25,859 nt of DNA from Candidatus Nucleicultricaceae bacterium (GTDB lineage Bacteria; Pseudomonadota; Alphaproteobacteria; Caedimonadales; Nucleicultricaceae), in assembly GCA_051961235.1 (NCBI GenBank), contig JBQCDM010000206.1, positions 1 to 25,859 on the forward strand. The letters are read 5' to 3'. Below, one piece after another: positions 7,641 through 17,066 of this stretch. Positions within the stretch are counted from its first letter, which is position 1. Each line of letters opens with the position of its first letter. The notes under the pieces were generated by a model. That model worked only from the letters and a program-made list of their open reading frames with translations, was not told the DNA's origin and searched no databases. Made by a program: the position numbers and the translations under genes.

Positions 7641-8510
7641 TTAAGCTGTACGTTTCAAAAGCAAGCTGCACCACTCTCCTAGAATATAATCACTCTGTTT
7701 TGTACAACCTGCTTTTATGTAGGCATCCAAGACATCTTGCTCTTGATGCACCATAAGGCCAGAGAGAATGATAAAGCCATCCAAAGCTGTTTCTTTAACA
7801 ATACTTGGGGCGAGTTGAATGAGTGGTTCTGCCAAAATGTTCGCAAAAACCAAAGAATAGGGAGCATATTGGGATGTAATCGTGTTTGCAACGCCATCAC
7901 TTAAAGCCACAAAAACGCGATCTTTAAGATTATTTCTCTTAACGTTTTCATCAGCCATTTGCACCGCATCTTCATCAATATCTAACGCAACAAAAGGTAT
8001 GTTAAGGAGTCGCGCTCCCGCCATGGCAAGGATCCCCGTGCCACATCCCACATCGAGCCCATGGGTAAAAGATTGTTTTGGCAATTGTTCAAGAAGTGCA
8101 AGACATCCTTGGGTTGTTGCATGTTGGCCCGTACCAAAAGCAGTTGCTGCATCGATATGCAGACAAATCTTGTTGGGTGGTAATGGCTGGTCCTCATGAT
8201 GGGAGCCATAGATGTAAAAAGATCCTAATTCTAGCGGCGGAAAAGATTTGCGATTTTCTGCCAGCCAATCAATGGAAGGAAGTTCTTGAATAGAAAAATC
8301 AAGCGTATCTTGACTCAATTGGAGATCATGAATCAATTGTTCAAGTGATTCATGAATGGGTTCGTTCGTGTAAATAGCCTGAAGACGCCATAAATCTTTC
8401 TTTGGATCTAATTCAAACGAAGAGATCGCTTCTGAGTCCAGAAGATGCGAGAGTGTGTCAATGGATGATTTGGATCCAAGGATGGTAACCTGCCAAAGAG
8501 GTTGTGTCAT
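7641..8510 (-). CDS. prmA: Ribosomal protein L11 methyltransferase
   Basis: Motifs IDAATAFGTGQHATT, LDVGCGTGILAM, ANILAEPL and ILSGL. Confidence 0.93.
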   Translation of the reverse strand: MTQPLWQVTILGSKSSIDTLSHLLDSEAISSFELDPKKDLWRLQAIYTNEPIHESLEQLIHDLQLSQDTLDFSIQELPSIDWLAENRKSFPPLELGSFYIYGSHHEDQPLPPNKICLHIDAATAFGTGQHATTQGCLALLEQLPKQSFTHGLDVGCGTGILAMAGARLLNIPFVALDIDEDAVQMADENVKRNNLKDRVFVALSDGVANTITSQYAPYSLVFANILAEPLIQLAPSIVKETALDGFIILSGLMVHQEQDVLDAYIKAGCTKQSDYILGEWCSLLLKRTA

Positions 8511-10744
8511 TTTGCTTTCTCCACAAAGCTTGCAAGGACTTTTTTGAGTCCTGTGTGTTCAAAGTTAATATCAAGTTTATCGGCCTCTATAGCCCTAATA
8601 CGTCCATATCCAAATTTAATATGAAAGACCCGATCTCCTATCTGAAGCCCTAAAGCGGAGGACGAGGGAATTGTGGATTGTGGTGACAGAGGACGAGAAG
8701 TAGGGCCGCTAATATAGGGCCTGATTTTAGATTCTGATAGATAAGGCGTTGACGAAAAACCAGATTGTCTTCTGTGATCCGTGTGGTTGTTTGGAATTTC
8801 TGCAATAAAACGGGATGGAATGCTGGATTGCCAACTACCATGAATCCGTCGATTGGCTGCATAAAGAATGTAAAGCGTTTCTCTTGCACGTGTGATACCT
8901 ACATATGCTAGGCGTCGTTCTTCTTCCAGCCCCTTTGTGCCGACCTCTTCAAGCGTGCGTTGATTAGGAAATAGGCCTTCTTCCCAGCCGGTTAAAAAGA
9001 CATGCTTAAACTCTAGCCCTTTTGCGCTATGCAGCGTCATAATGCTCACACAGTCTAAGTCTGTGGGGCCCGTATTTTCCATGACTAAGCTCACGTGATC
9101 CAGAAAGGCTGCAAGGGTATCGAAATTCTCGAGTGCAAGCACAAATTCTTTGAGGTTTTCAAGTCGCCCCGGTGCTTCGGGTGTTTTGTCATTCAGCCAC
9201 ATGGCTGTGTATCCTGACTCATCGAGTACAAGCCTTGCCATATCTGCTGGCGATGTGCGCTCATACAATCCGCGCCAGCGATCAATATCATTTAAGAAGT
9301 CAGAGAGTGCTTTCCTGGCAGCGCCTCGTAATTCTTCTGTCTCAATAATCTTATGGGATGCCAGATAAAGGGAGATATTTTGAGTGCGTGCAAGATGATG
9401 GAGGGTTTGCAGTGCCGCTGCTCCAAGTCCTCGCTTGGGTGTATTGATGATGCGTTCAAACGCAAGGCTGTCATGGGGTTCAAAAATGATGCGTAAATCA
9501 GCCAAAGCATCACGGATTTCCATGCGTTCGTAAAAACGTGGGCCTCCAATAACACGAAAGGGAATGCCCAGTGTCATAAGACGTTCTTCAAACTCACGTG
9601 TTTGATGGCTGGCGCGTACAAGAATGGCCATTGAAGAGAGAGATGATTTGTTTTTTTGAAGATGTTCAATCTCATCTCCTACAAATCGCGCTTCTTCTTG
9701 ACCATCCCAGAGACCTTGAATGATGATTTTTTCACCCCCCTCTGTTTCAGTCCAGAGGGTTTTACCAAGACGACCTGCATTATGCGCAATAAGACCTGAA
9801 GCGGCTCCAAGGATGTGATTGGTGGAGCGATAGTTTTGTTCGAGGCGAATGACAACGGCGCTCGCAAAATCTTGTTCAAATTTTAAAATATTCGTGATTT
9901 CAGCACCGCGCCAACCGTAGATGGATTGGTCATCATCGCCCACACAGCAAATGTTGTGATGCCCCATGGCAAGCAATCTCAGCCAAAGGTACTGGGCAAC
10001 ATTGGTGTCTTGATACTCATCAACTAAAATATATTTGAATTGTGATTGATACGACTCTAACACATCAGGACACGTTTTAAAGAGCGTGAGGGCGTGGAGC
10101 AGGAGATCGCCAAAATCAAGGGCATTCAAAGTTTTAAGGCGTTCCTGATATTGGGGATATAGGTCGTACGCGGGGTTGCCATAGCCGCTTAAATCTTTTG
10201 CATGAGCGGGTACTTGATCAGGATTTAAGCCACGGTCCTTCCACTGATTAATTTGTCCAAGCACGAGGCGTGCTGGCCATTTCTTTTCATCAACATTTTC
10301 CGCTTTTAAGAGTTGTTTGATAAGGCGCAATTGATCATCCACATCCAGGATGGTGAAGTTGGTATGAAAGCCAAGGCGTTCAGCGTGGCGTCTTAGAATC
10401 TTAACGCAAAGCGCATGAAATGTGCCAAGCCAGAGACCTTCAACGGCCATACCCATCATCTTTGATACACGCTCACGCATTTCGAAAGCAGCTTTGTTGG
10501 TAAAAGTAACAGCCAGAATTTGGTGCGGCAAAGCTTTACGTTGGAAGAGGATATGCGCAATGCGAGACGTGAGAACGCGGGTCTTTCCCGTGCCAGCACC
10601 CGCTAAAACGAGCAAAGGACCATCAATTGTTTCAACTGCCTGACGTTGCTCTGGATTCAGCATATCAAGATAAGGAAAGTCTTTTGCGTCCGTCATAGGT
10701 GCTAATGATGTTTGTGATTGGCCGTGTGTCATGATCCACACCAT
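8507..10744 (-). CDS. uvrD: UvrD/PcrA superfamily-1 DNA helicase
   Basis: Motifs LAGAGTGKT, TFTNKAA, VDEYQDTN, VGDDDQSIYGWRGA, LEQNYRS, TLHSAKGLEF and EEERRLAYVGITRAR. Start may instead be 10732 or 10696. Confidence 0.95.
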   Translation of the reverse strand: MVWIMTHGQSQTSLAPMTDAKDFPYLDMLNPEQRQAVETIDGPLLVLAGAGTGKTRVLTSRIAHILFQRKALPHQILAVTFTNKAAFEMRERVSKMMGMAVEGLWLGTFHALCVKILRRHAERLGFHTNFTILDVDDQLRLIKQLLKAENVDEKKWPARLVLGQINQWKDRGLNPDQVPAHAKDLSGYGNPAYDLYPQYQERLKTLNALDFGDLLLHALTLFKTCPDVLESYQSQFKYILVDEYQDTNVAQYLWLRLLAMGHHNICCVGDDDQSIYGWRGAEITNILKFEQDFASAVVIRLEQNYRSTNHILGAASGLIAHNAGRLGKTLWTETEGGEKIIIQGLWDGQEEARFVGDEIEHLQKNKSSLSSMAILVRASHQTREFEERLMTLGIPFRVIGGPRFYERMEIRDALADLRIIFEPHDSLAFERIINTPKRGLGAAALQTLHHLARTQNISLYLASHKIIETEELRGAARKALSDFLNDIDRWRGLYERTSPADMARLVLDESGYTAMWLNDKTPEAPGRLENLKEFVLALENFDTLAAFLDHVSLVMENTGPTDLDCVSIMTLHSAKGLEFKHVFLTGWEEGLFPNQRTLEEVGTKGLEEERRLAYVGITRARETLYILYAANRRIHGSWQSSIPSRFIAEIPNNHTDHRRQSGFSSTPYLSESKIRPYISGPTSRPLSPQSTIPSSSALGLQIGDRVFHIKFGYGRIRAIEADKLDINFEHTGLKKVLASFVEKAK

Positions 10745-10793
10745 AGCGGATTCAGCAGAAAAGGAGAAGACGTTTTATTACATTTCAAAATGA

Positions 10794-10817
10794 AAGAAAA
10801 AAAGAGGGTCTAGACCC
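10794..10817 (-). terminator. Putative intrinsic terminator after the DUF721 gene
   Basis: Palindrome GGGTCTAGACCC (10806-10817) followed on the minus strand by TCTTTTTTTC; the stem is short. Confidence 0.4.
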
Positions 10818-10819
10818 AA

Positions 10820-11311
10820 TTATAGTCCCATACTTTCCGCGAGGTCTTTGAGCGCTTGTTTGAGATCTGGATCCATAATAGATTTTAACGCGTTATCATT
10901 TTGTATGGTTTTTTGTCCCTCAATAGGGTTGGAGACAACTGCTTTTTGTTGAAGTGGGGGAGGTGCCGGCCTAAAGAGAGCTGCATTTTTCTGCAATTTT
11001 AAAGTCGTAATGGCTTTGCATCCAAGATAGGTGTTTATACGCTCTAAAATTTGTGGCGCACTGTATTGAATTTCAAGCGCACGAACTGGATCAACAAATG
11101 CATGAAGAATAGCAACATAAGGTGCGGAACGTGTATAGCTGATCTTTGATGGTTTAAGCGCCGCCGCATACTCAGGTCCTATGACTTTTAGCCAGTTGGT
11201 GAGAATTGACGCTTCATGAAAACCACGCTTCTTTGCAAGCGGTTTTAAAAGATTAGGCAAAAGCCGATCTATGCTCTTGAGTGTGTTGGATGGTCGTGCT
11301 AACGGATACAT
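10820..11311 (-). CDS. DUF721/DciA-family protein
   Basis: KRGF..ASILTNW..VIGPEYA..., ALEIQY..PQILERINTYLG..AITTLKL; divergent from mutY, the usual alphaproteobacterial arrangement. Confidence 0.75.
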   Translation of the reverse strand: MYPLARPSNTLKSIDRLLPNLLKPLAKKRGFHEASILTNWLKVIGPEYAAALKPSKISYTRSAPYVAILHAFVDPVRALEIQYSAPQILERINTYLGCKAITTLKLQKNAALFRPAPPPLQQKAVVSNPIEGQKTIQNDNALKSIMDPDLKQALKDLAESMGL

Positions 11312-11325
11312 GAGCCCACTCTAGC

Positions 11326-12435
11326 ATGAAATTGATGACAAACAAGACGAAAATCCAGAATGATCCAAGAACAACAAAGAAGCTTCTCCTTTCTTGGTAC
11401 GATGCAACGCATCGCAAGCTTCCCTGGCGTCATGTGGGACCTCAACTTCAAGATCCTTATCCCATATGGATTAGCGAGATTATGTTGCAGCAAACAACGG
11501 TTCAAACCGTGGAGCCTTATTTTATTAAATTTATGAAACGTTGGCCGACGATAGAGGCTTTAGCGAGTGCTGATCTTGAAGAGGTTTTAAGTGCTTGGCA
11601 AGGGCTTGGATATTATCATCGGGCGAAAAATTTGCATAAAGCGGCTCAGGTTCTCGTGCATGATCGAGGCGGTGTTTGGCCCATGACGCATGAGGCACTT
11701 TTGGCGCTTCCAGGCATTGGAGGGTACACGTCAAAAGCTATTTCTGCCATTGCATTTCAGCAACCCGTTGTTCCGGTGGATGGTAACATTAAACGTGTGA
11801 TAGCCCGATTACATGGGTTATGGACGCCACTCGATCGCTTGCTTAAAGAAACGGAAACAGTTTTAGAGGCGTACGCCGATAAAGAGCGCCCAGGTGATTT
11901 TGCGCAAGCGCTCATGGATTTAGGTGCGCGCGTGTGCACGCCTAAAAATCCCAAATGCACCTCTTGCCCTTTTCAGTCGTCCTGCTATGCTTTTTCCAAC
12001 AATAAAGTCGATGAATTACCAAAGCTTCCTTTAAGGGTGGCAAAGCCTCATCGTAAAACGCGTGCTTATGTTTGTATTGCAGAAGATTGTCTGCTTTTGA
12101 GAAAACGTCCTCATACAGGGCTTTTGGCCCATATGATGGAGGTGCCAACGGGACATTGGTGTGACATCAGTGCTTTTGATCACACCGCAGATCCATATAT
12201 GGATGCGCCCTTTGAGGGGGAATGGCAGAAATTGGACTTTACCGTGATCCATGTTTTTACACATTTTAAGCTTGAGGTGGAGGTCTATGGCATCAGACTT
12301 TCTCAAAAAAGGGAAACACCATACCTTTGGGTTCCGCTTATTACGCTTGAAGAAAAACCACTGCCAACTTTAGTGAAAAAGATCATGATGCCAGCGCTAG
12401 AAAAGCTTAAGATGCCTTTAGAAGTAGCGCTTTGA
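11326..12435 (+). CDS. mutY: A/G-specific adenine glycosylase
   Basis: Motifs RKLPWR, SEIMLQQT, WQGLGYY, LPGIGGYT (HhH), VDGNIKRV and Fe-S motif CTPKNPKCTSCPFQSSC, plus a C-terminal NUDIX-like domain (HVFTHF). Confidence 0.97.
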   Translation: MKLMTNKTKIQNDPRTTKKLLLSWYDATHRKLPWRHVGPQLQDPYPIWISEIMLQQTTVQTVEPYFIKFMKRWPTIEALASADLEEVLSAWQGLGYYHRAKNLHKAAQVLVHDRGGVWPMTHEALLALPGIGGYTSKAISAIAFQQPVVPVDGNIKRVIARLHGLWTPLDRLLKETETVLEAYADKERPGDFAQALMDLGARVCTPKNPKCTSCPFQSSCYAFSNNKVDELPKLPLRVAKPHRKTRAYVCIAEDCLLLRKRPHTGLLAHMMEVPTGHWCDISAFDHTADPYMDAPFEGEWQKLDFTVIHVFTHFKLEVEVYGIRLSQKRETPYLWVPLITLEEKPLPTLVKKIMMPALEKLKMPLEVAL

Positions 12436-13036
12436 TGGGCGCAAAACTGGTGCGATGGTGAGGCGTTATACCAAATTGAGCGAGCGCTTCTTGATGCGTT
12501 TTTGTGCCATATCCAGCATTGTTTTGCCAACCATACGCAGGGAATTGCAGGCCTAGCTCTGTCATTAGGCGATCCCGTGTAACTTTGGCGATGATAGATG
12601 CTGCTGCAATGGAATAGCTTTTTTGATCACCTTTGATAATGGGCTCGGATGCAAAAGACCAGGCGGGATTACCTGTTCCGTCAACTAGTACATAAGAAGG
12701 CTTCAATGAAAGTGATTCAACAGCACGTTTCATGGCAAGTTGGGCAGCGCGTCGAATATTGAGTTGATCGATTTCTTTAACGCTCGCTTGACCGACACCA
12801 ACCCAACACCCTGTTCCATGGGCCCCCATCAGTGCATCAAAAGCGGATTCCCTTTTTTTTGCTGTTAATTTCTTGGAGTCATTCAAAAGAGACAACAGTA
12901 TGGGGGAGATTGTGTTTTGTAAAAGTATAACAGCGCCTGCCACAACAGGACCGGCCCAGGGGCCGCAACCCGCCTCATCACAACCTGCAACAGGTTGAGC
13001 TTGACGATTTTCAAGGTCAAATGTTGGTGCATTCAT
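12407..13036 (-). CDS. rnhB: Ribonuclease HII
   Basis: Motifs GCDEAGCGPWAGPVVA, LNDSKKL, VLVDG, KGDQKSYSIAAASIIAKVTRD, GYGT and HHRTSF. Confidence 0.96.
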   Translation of the reverse strand: MNAPTFDLENRQAQPVAGCDEAGCGPWAGPVVAGAVILLQNTISPILLSLLNDSKKLTAKKRESAFDALMGAHGTGCWVGVGQASVKEIDQLNIRRAAQLAMKRAVESLSLKPSYVLVDGTGNPAWSFASEPIIKGDQKSYSIAAASIIAKVTRDRLMTELGLQFPAYGWQNNAGYGTKTHQEALAQFGITPHHRTSFAPIKALLLKAS

Positions 13037-14343
13037 GAAGCATCATCCTTAGGTGGATGGGATCGCTTTGCTTCATAATGATTCTGAAGTTTCAGTTTGA
13101 GGAGAACAATAATCTTCTTCAAAAAACGAAATGCTTGAATTTCGGGTGCATACACCACATTGAAGTAATGCTTAAAGTTTTGCAATTTTTCGGGCGCATG
13201 TGCATGTAGTCGTCTTGCCGCCTCTAGCCAAAGCGGGCTTATGGCAAGGGACAAAGCTGTAAGTACGAGAATCATTTTAAATCCATATGTATTTAAGATT
13301 TTTTCTTCAACACCCATGTTTGCAAGCATAAAGGCAAACTCTCCGATTTGGGATAAAATCAAACTCACCAAAAAGGCTTCCGGCCAAGGTTTGCCCATAA
13401 ACCGAAGAATGGAAATGTTCAAAAACGTTTTGCCGATGGTTAAAATAAAAAGCAAAATCATAACCGTACCAAGATTTTCCCAGATAAAATTTAAGTCCAT
13501 CATAAGACCAACGGATAAGAAAAAGATCATGAGCAAGACGCTTTGAATGGGACGCATGCTATGAAGCATGTCTTTACGTTCAGCGGTATTGCCAAGAATA
13601 AGTCCGCCTAAGAAAGCACCATAGGCTGCAGAAAGTCCGATGAGACCGGAAAATGTGGCCATCCCAAAGCAAAAGACAAGGCCAGCAAGAGGCAATAAAT
13701 CACTGTGCCCAGAGACGAGCTTAGAAAAGGGGATGCGCATGGTGGTTTTGCGACCAAGGTACCAAATAAGTGCCGCCAAAATGGCTATAGAAAGAGCGAT
13801 TTTAAGAAAAATCTCATATCCGATTCCGTCATGCATATGGCGAATCACTAAGATCATAGGCACAATGGCAAGGTCTTGGCCGATCAAAATAGCGAGTGTC
13901 AGTCGTCCTTTGGCTGTTTTGAGTTCGTCAATACTCTCGAGCATCTTAACCGCAACAGCAGTACTCGATAAGGCAACAGCAAAAGCAAGAAGAATGGTAA
14001 ATTCCATAGGCCAATTAAAAAAGGTGCCCACTCCCCACATAACACCAAGACTGCCGAAGATTTGCAATAACGTACAAACAAGGCTGATGTGCCATACACT
14101 TTTAAAGTCACGAACGCTCAATTCCATGCCGATCAAGAACAAAAGCATCAATACGCCAAGGTTAGCCAGCGCATTCACAAGACCTGTATTTTGGATAAGT
14201 TCAAAGGAGGGATGCCCAAGGATAATGCCGGCCAGAATATAGCCAAGCACCGCTGGCTGACGCAAGCGTTCAAATAAAAGACCACACCCCAATGCCGCAA
14301 GAACAACGAGGGCAATACCTGTTAATTCTAAGTGTCCATGCAT
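13033..14343 (-). CDS. Cation:proton antiporter (CPA2, KefB/KefC-like membrane domain, no TrkA-N domain)
   Basis: Many TM helices; motifs LRQPAVLGYILAG, GVLMLLFLIGMELS, ALSSTAV, ILIGQDL, GAFLGG, FFLSVG and LSQIGEFAF. Confidence 0.9.
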   Translation of the reverse strand: MHGHLELTGIALVVLAALGCGLLFERLRQPAVLGYILAGIILGHPSFELIQNTGLVNALANLGVLMLLFLIGMELSVRDFKSVWHISLVCTLLQIFGSLGVMWGVGTFFNWPMEFTILLAFAVALSSTAVAVKMLESIDELKTAKGRLTLAILIGQDLAIVPMILVIRHMHDGIGYEIFLKIALSIAILAALIWYLGRKTTMRIPFSKLVSGHSDLLPLAGLVFCFGMATFSGLIGLSAAYGAFLGGLILGNTAERKDMLHSMRPIQSVLLMIFFLSVGLMMDLNFIWENLGTVMILLFILTIGKTFLNISILRFMGKPWPEAFLVSLILSQIGEFAFMLANMGVEEKILNTYGFKMILVLTALSLAISPLWLEAARRLHAHAPEKLQNFKHYFNVVYAPEIQAFRFLKKIIVLLKLKLQNHYEAKRSHPPKDDAS

Positions 14344-14392
14344 AGATGCAGGATAACGTTTTTAAGCGCACGTGCAAGTAAAACTTTAAAAA

Positions 14393-15229
14393 CTAATGTT
14401 TTTCAAGAATGGCTTTTACTTTTAAGAAGTCTTGCCAGACAAATTTTTTCTGACCCGGTGAGCGCAATAAAAAGGCAGGATGAAATGTTGCCATTGTTGG
14501 GACTTTAAACTGAGTAAACGGCGTTTCAAAATCAACCCACTGCCCTCGGATTTTCATGATGCCTTCATTGGTTTGAAGAATGCTTTTTGTTGCTGTTGCA
14601 CCAAGCAAAATAAGAACCTTTGGCTGGATGAGCTCAATGTGTCTTTGGATAAAGGGAAGGCAAAGCGCAATTTCTTGGGTTGTAGGTGCTCTGTTCCCGG
14701 GCGGTCTCCAGGAGAGGATATTAGAGATATAGACATTTTTTTCACGCGTTAAGCCGACGGATGCTAGAATGCGATCGAGCAGCTGGCCACTTAAGCCTAC
14801 AAATGGTTTTCCTTGTTTATCCTCTTCTGCACCAGGTGCTTCACCGATGAGCATAACAGGCGCATTGGGTTGACCATCACTAAAGACCGTATGTGTTGCC
14901 GTGAGTTTTAAGGGGCATGCGTCAAAGGTCTCAATAAGCTGCTTCAGCTCAGCAAGCGTGGATGCTTGTTTTACTTTTTGTTGGGTTGTCGCATCCATCC
15001 CACTTATCGGTGCTTTGGTGGGTTTTGAGGGTTGCACAACGTTTTCTACGATTGGTGGAGAAATTTTCTCCACTTTAGGGGTTAAAAAAGACGCGACCTC
15101 GGGTTTTAGCGTTTTAAATGTGTTGAAAGTTTTCTTGTTCGTTGGGATTTGATGCACAGCATCAGTGACCCCAATTTCGTCTTGAAATTTAAGCGTCTCG
15201 AGGAGGGCGATGATGGCGTCTTTTTTCAT
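14393..15229 (-). CDS. Uracil-DNA glycosylase, family 4
   Basis: Motifs [37 protein letters not shown] and [11 protein letters not shown]. Confidence 0.93.
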   Translation of the reverse strand: MKKDAIIALLETLKFQDEIGVTDAVHQIPTNKKTFNTFKTLKPEVASFLTPKVEKISPPIVENVVQPSKPTKAPISGMDATTQQKVKQASTLAELKQLIETFDACPLKLTATHTVFSDGQPNAPVMLIGEAPGAEEDKQGKPFVGLSGQLLDRILASVGLTREKNVYISNILSWRPPGNRAPTTQEIALCLPFIQRHIELIQPKVLILLGATATKSILQTNEGIMKIRGQWVDFETPFTQFKVPTMATFHPAFLLRSPGQKKFVWQDFLKVKAILEKH

Positions 15230-15771
15230 AAGTTTCTCAAATAGCTTTGTACTTTTAAGATAATGCTCTCGGCCGTGTGTTGGGCGCTTTGGCTGTCACA
15301 ATTGACGTGAATGTGGGCATTTGAATAAATGGGTGAGTAAGACTCAATTAGCTGTTCAAGAATCTGTTTTTTATTGCCTTGTTCGAGTTGAGGGCGATGG
15401 CTTCTTCGTGCAACACGCGGGTAAATCGTGTCAATCGACGCTTTAAGCCAGACGGTTACAGTATTTTTGAGCAACAATTCTCTACAGTCGTCGTGGATGA
15501 AAACTTCAACCCCCGTTGATAAAATATGCGGAGATTCAGTCACGAGTCTTTTGATAACGAGTCGTTCGGTATCTCGAAATGCTTTTTCGCCATACCAAGC
15601 ATAAATGTCTGCAACGGAGCATTTGGCGGCTGCTTCAACTTCATGGTCAGAATCTCTAAAAGCTACATCAAGCCGCTTTGCCAAAATACGGCCAATGCTG
15701 GTTTTGCCCACTCCCATCATGCCGACAAGCGTAATCGTTTTAGGTAACCTAAAAAAAAGAGGGTCATTCAT
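15226..15771 (-). CDS. aroK: Shikimate kinase homolog with an altered substrate pocket
   Basis: P-loop GMMGVGKT, DSD, FRDTE, VWLKAS and lid RPQL. Likely start is 15771 (track start 15840). The GGG motif reads GVE. Confidence 0.85.
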   Translation of the reverse strand: MNDPLFFRLPKTITLVGMMGVGKTSIGRILAKRLDVAFRDSDHEVEAAAKCSVADIYAWYGEKAFRDTERLVIKRLVTESPHILSTGVEVFIHDDCRELLLKNTVTVWLKASIDTIYPRVARRSHRPQLEQGNKKQILEQLIESYSPIYSNAHIHVNCDSQSAQHTAESIILKVQSYLRNL

Positions 15772-15877
15772 CAGTGTTCCAAAATTTTGCATCCTTAATG
15801 GTATAAACAAAAATGATCCAACAGCCAAATCTAAATTCATCGTATTGTGTGATTATTATAAAGAGTGCTATGAAGGT

Positions 15878-16090
15878 ATGAAACACGGAAAGGAAACAAA
15901 AGTGTCGATTTCTTTTAAAATTTTATGGGTACTTTTAGGTGTTGCAGTGCTCGCCATTGCACTTGTGATGAGCTTTGGCGGCGTGCCAGCGCCCAAAGGG
16001 CAGACAAGTAAAGAGTATTCACTTGAAGCGCTGAAGCAAAAGCAACAAGTGCCACAAAATCCAAAGACTAATCCTGAGCAAGGATCATAA
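15878..16090 (+). CDS. Small single-TM hypothetical protein upstream of xerD
   Basis: 3' part of track ORF 15605..16090: MKHGKETK, hydrophobic ILWVLLGVAVLAIALVMSFGG, then a polar tail; stop is 4 nt before xerD. Confidence 0.65.
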   Translation: MKHGKETKVSISFKILWVLLGVAVLAIALVMSFGGVPAPKGQTSKEYSLEALKQKQQVPQNPKTNPEQGS

Positions 16091-16094
16091 AAGC

Positions 16095-17054
16095 ATGAAG
16101 GCAGATGGGCGCCTTTTTATAGAGTGTTTTCTCGAAAAAATGCTGGCTGAGGCGGGCGCTTCGAGAAACACAATACAAGCCTATCAAAGAGATTTACTCG
16201 ATTTGAGGGCTTACTTAGACAAAAATGGGATTGTGCTCGAGCAAGCCCTGAGCGAAGATTTGCAGGCCTATTTAGCATTTCTCTCGTCTCAAGGGTTGGC
16301 GGCCTCAACGCGGTCAAGGCGTCTTTCTGTCCTTCGACAATTTTATCGCTTTTTACGTGAAGAACATCACATTGAAAATGACCCATCTCTTTATTTAGCG
16401 TTTCCGAAAAAAGCGCGGCGACTGCCAAAAATCTTATCTGAGCACTATGTGGATCAGTTACTTGCTTTTGATGAAACCGAGAAGCAGCCAGAAGCACTTC
16501 GGTTGCGGGCACTCTTAGAAGTTCTTTATGCAACAGGCATGCGTGTAACAGAGCTTGTAACCTTACCGCTTAAAACGATTGAGTCAGCCCTCTTATCTGA
16601 GCGAAAAGTAATTTATATTAAGGGTAAGGGAGGCAAAGAAAGAATCTCGCTTTTAAATGATTCAGCGATAGAATCCCTTAAGGCTTATTTGGCCATACGT
16701 GCTTTTTTTGAGGGCAAGGATAAAAGTCCTTGGCTTTTTCCATCCAATGCAACGGCAGGTCATCTCACCCGTCAGCGATTTTGGCAACTGCTCAAGGATA
16801 GAGCTTTTAAGAAAGGTTTGGATGCGCACTCTTTATCTCCACACGTTTTGCGTCATGCCTTTGCAACGCATCTTTTGGCGCATGGAGCAGATTTGCGGAG
16901 CATTCAAAAGCTTTTAGGTCATAGTGATATTTCCACGACTGAAATTTATACACATGTTCAGTTGGAAAAGCTCAAGCAGACTGTCGTTGAACATCACCCC
17001 TTGTCAACGGCATCAAAAGGCAATAAGGAAGTTAGAATAGAGTCGAATGAATAG
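16095..17054 (+). CDS. xerD: Tyrosine recombinase XerD
   Basis: Motifs SRNTIQAYQRDL, LYATGMRVTEL, KGKGGKER and SPHVLRHAFATHLL..GADLRSIQKLLGHSDISTTEIYTHV; adjacent to accA. Confidence 0.92.
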   Translation: MKADGRLFIECFLEKMLAEAGASRNTIQAYQRDLLDLRAYLDKNGIVLEQALSEDLQAYLAFLSSQGLAASTRSRRLSVLRQFYRFLREEHHIENDPSLYLAFPKKARRLPKILSEHYVDQLLAFDETEKQPEALRLRALLEVLYATGMRVTELVTLPLKTIESALLSERKVIYIKGKGGKERISLLNDSAIESLKAYLAIRAFFEGKDKSPWLFPSNATAGHLTRQRFWQLLKDRAFKKGLDAHSLSPHVLRHAFATHLLAHGADLRSIQKLLGHSDISTTEIYTHVQLEKLKQTVVEHHPLSTASKGNKEVRIESNE

Positions 17055-17066
17055 ATTGGAAAGTAC

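Noticed and set aside
13640-14242. 200-aa plus-strand ORF, and other short track ORFs such as 359..661, 7882..8199, 13241..13546, 16117..16533 and 21626..21946
   Set aside because: They are antisense or alternate-frame shadows of well-supported genes and have no recognisable motifs.
15751-15758. A8 homopolymer near the aroK 5' end as a phase-variation tract
   Set aside because: It is short, in frame, and unremarkable in an AT-rich genome.
15605-15877. 5' part of the 161-aa ORF 15605..16090
   Set aside because: It is antisense to aroK; only the portion from ATG 15878 looks like a real protein.
16095-17054. Tyrosine recombinase as a prophage or island integrase
   Set aside because: Its sequence and xerD-accA context match chromosomal XerD; no att repeats, tRNA or phage genes lie nearby, and I recognised no dif site.
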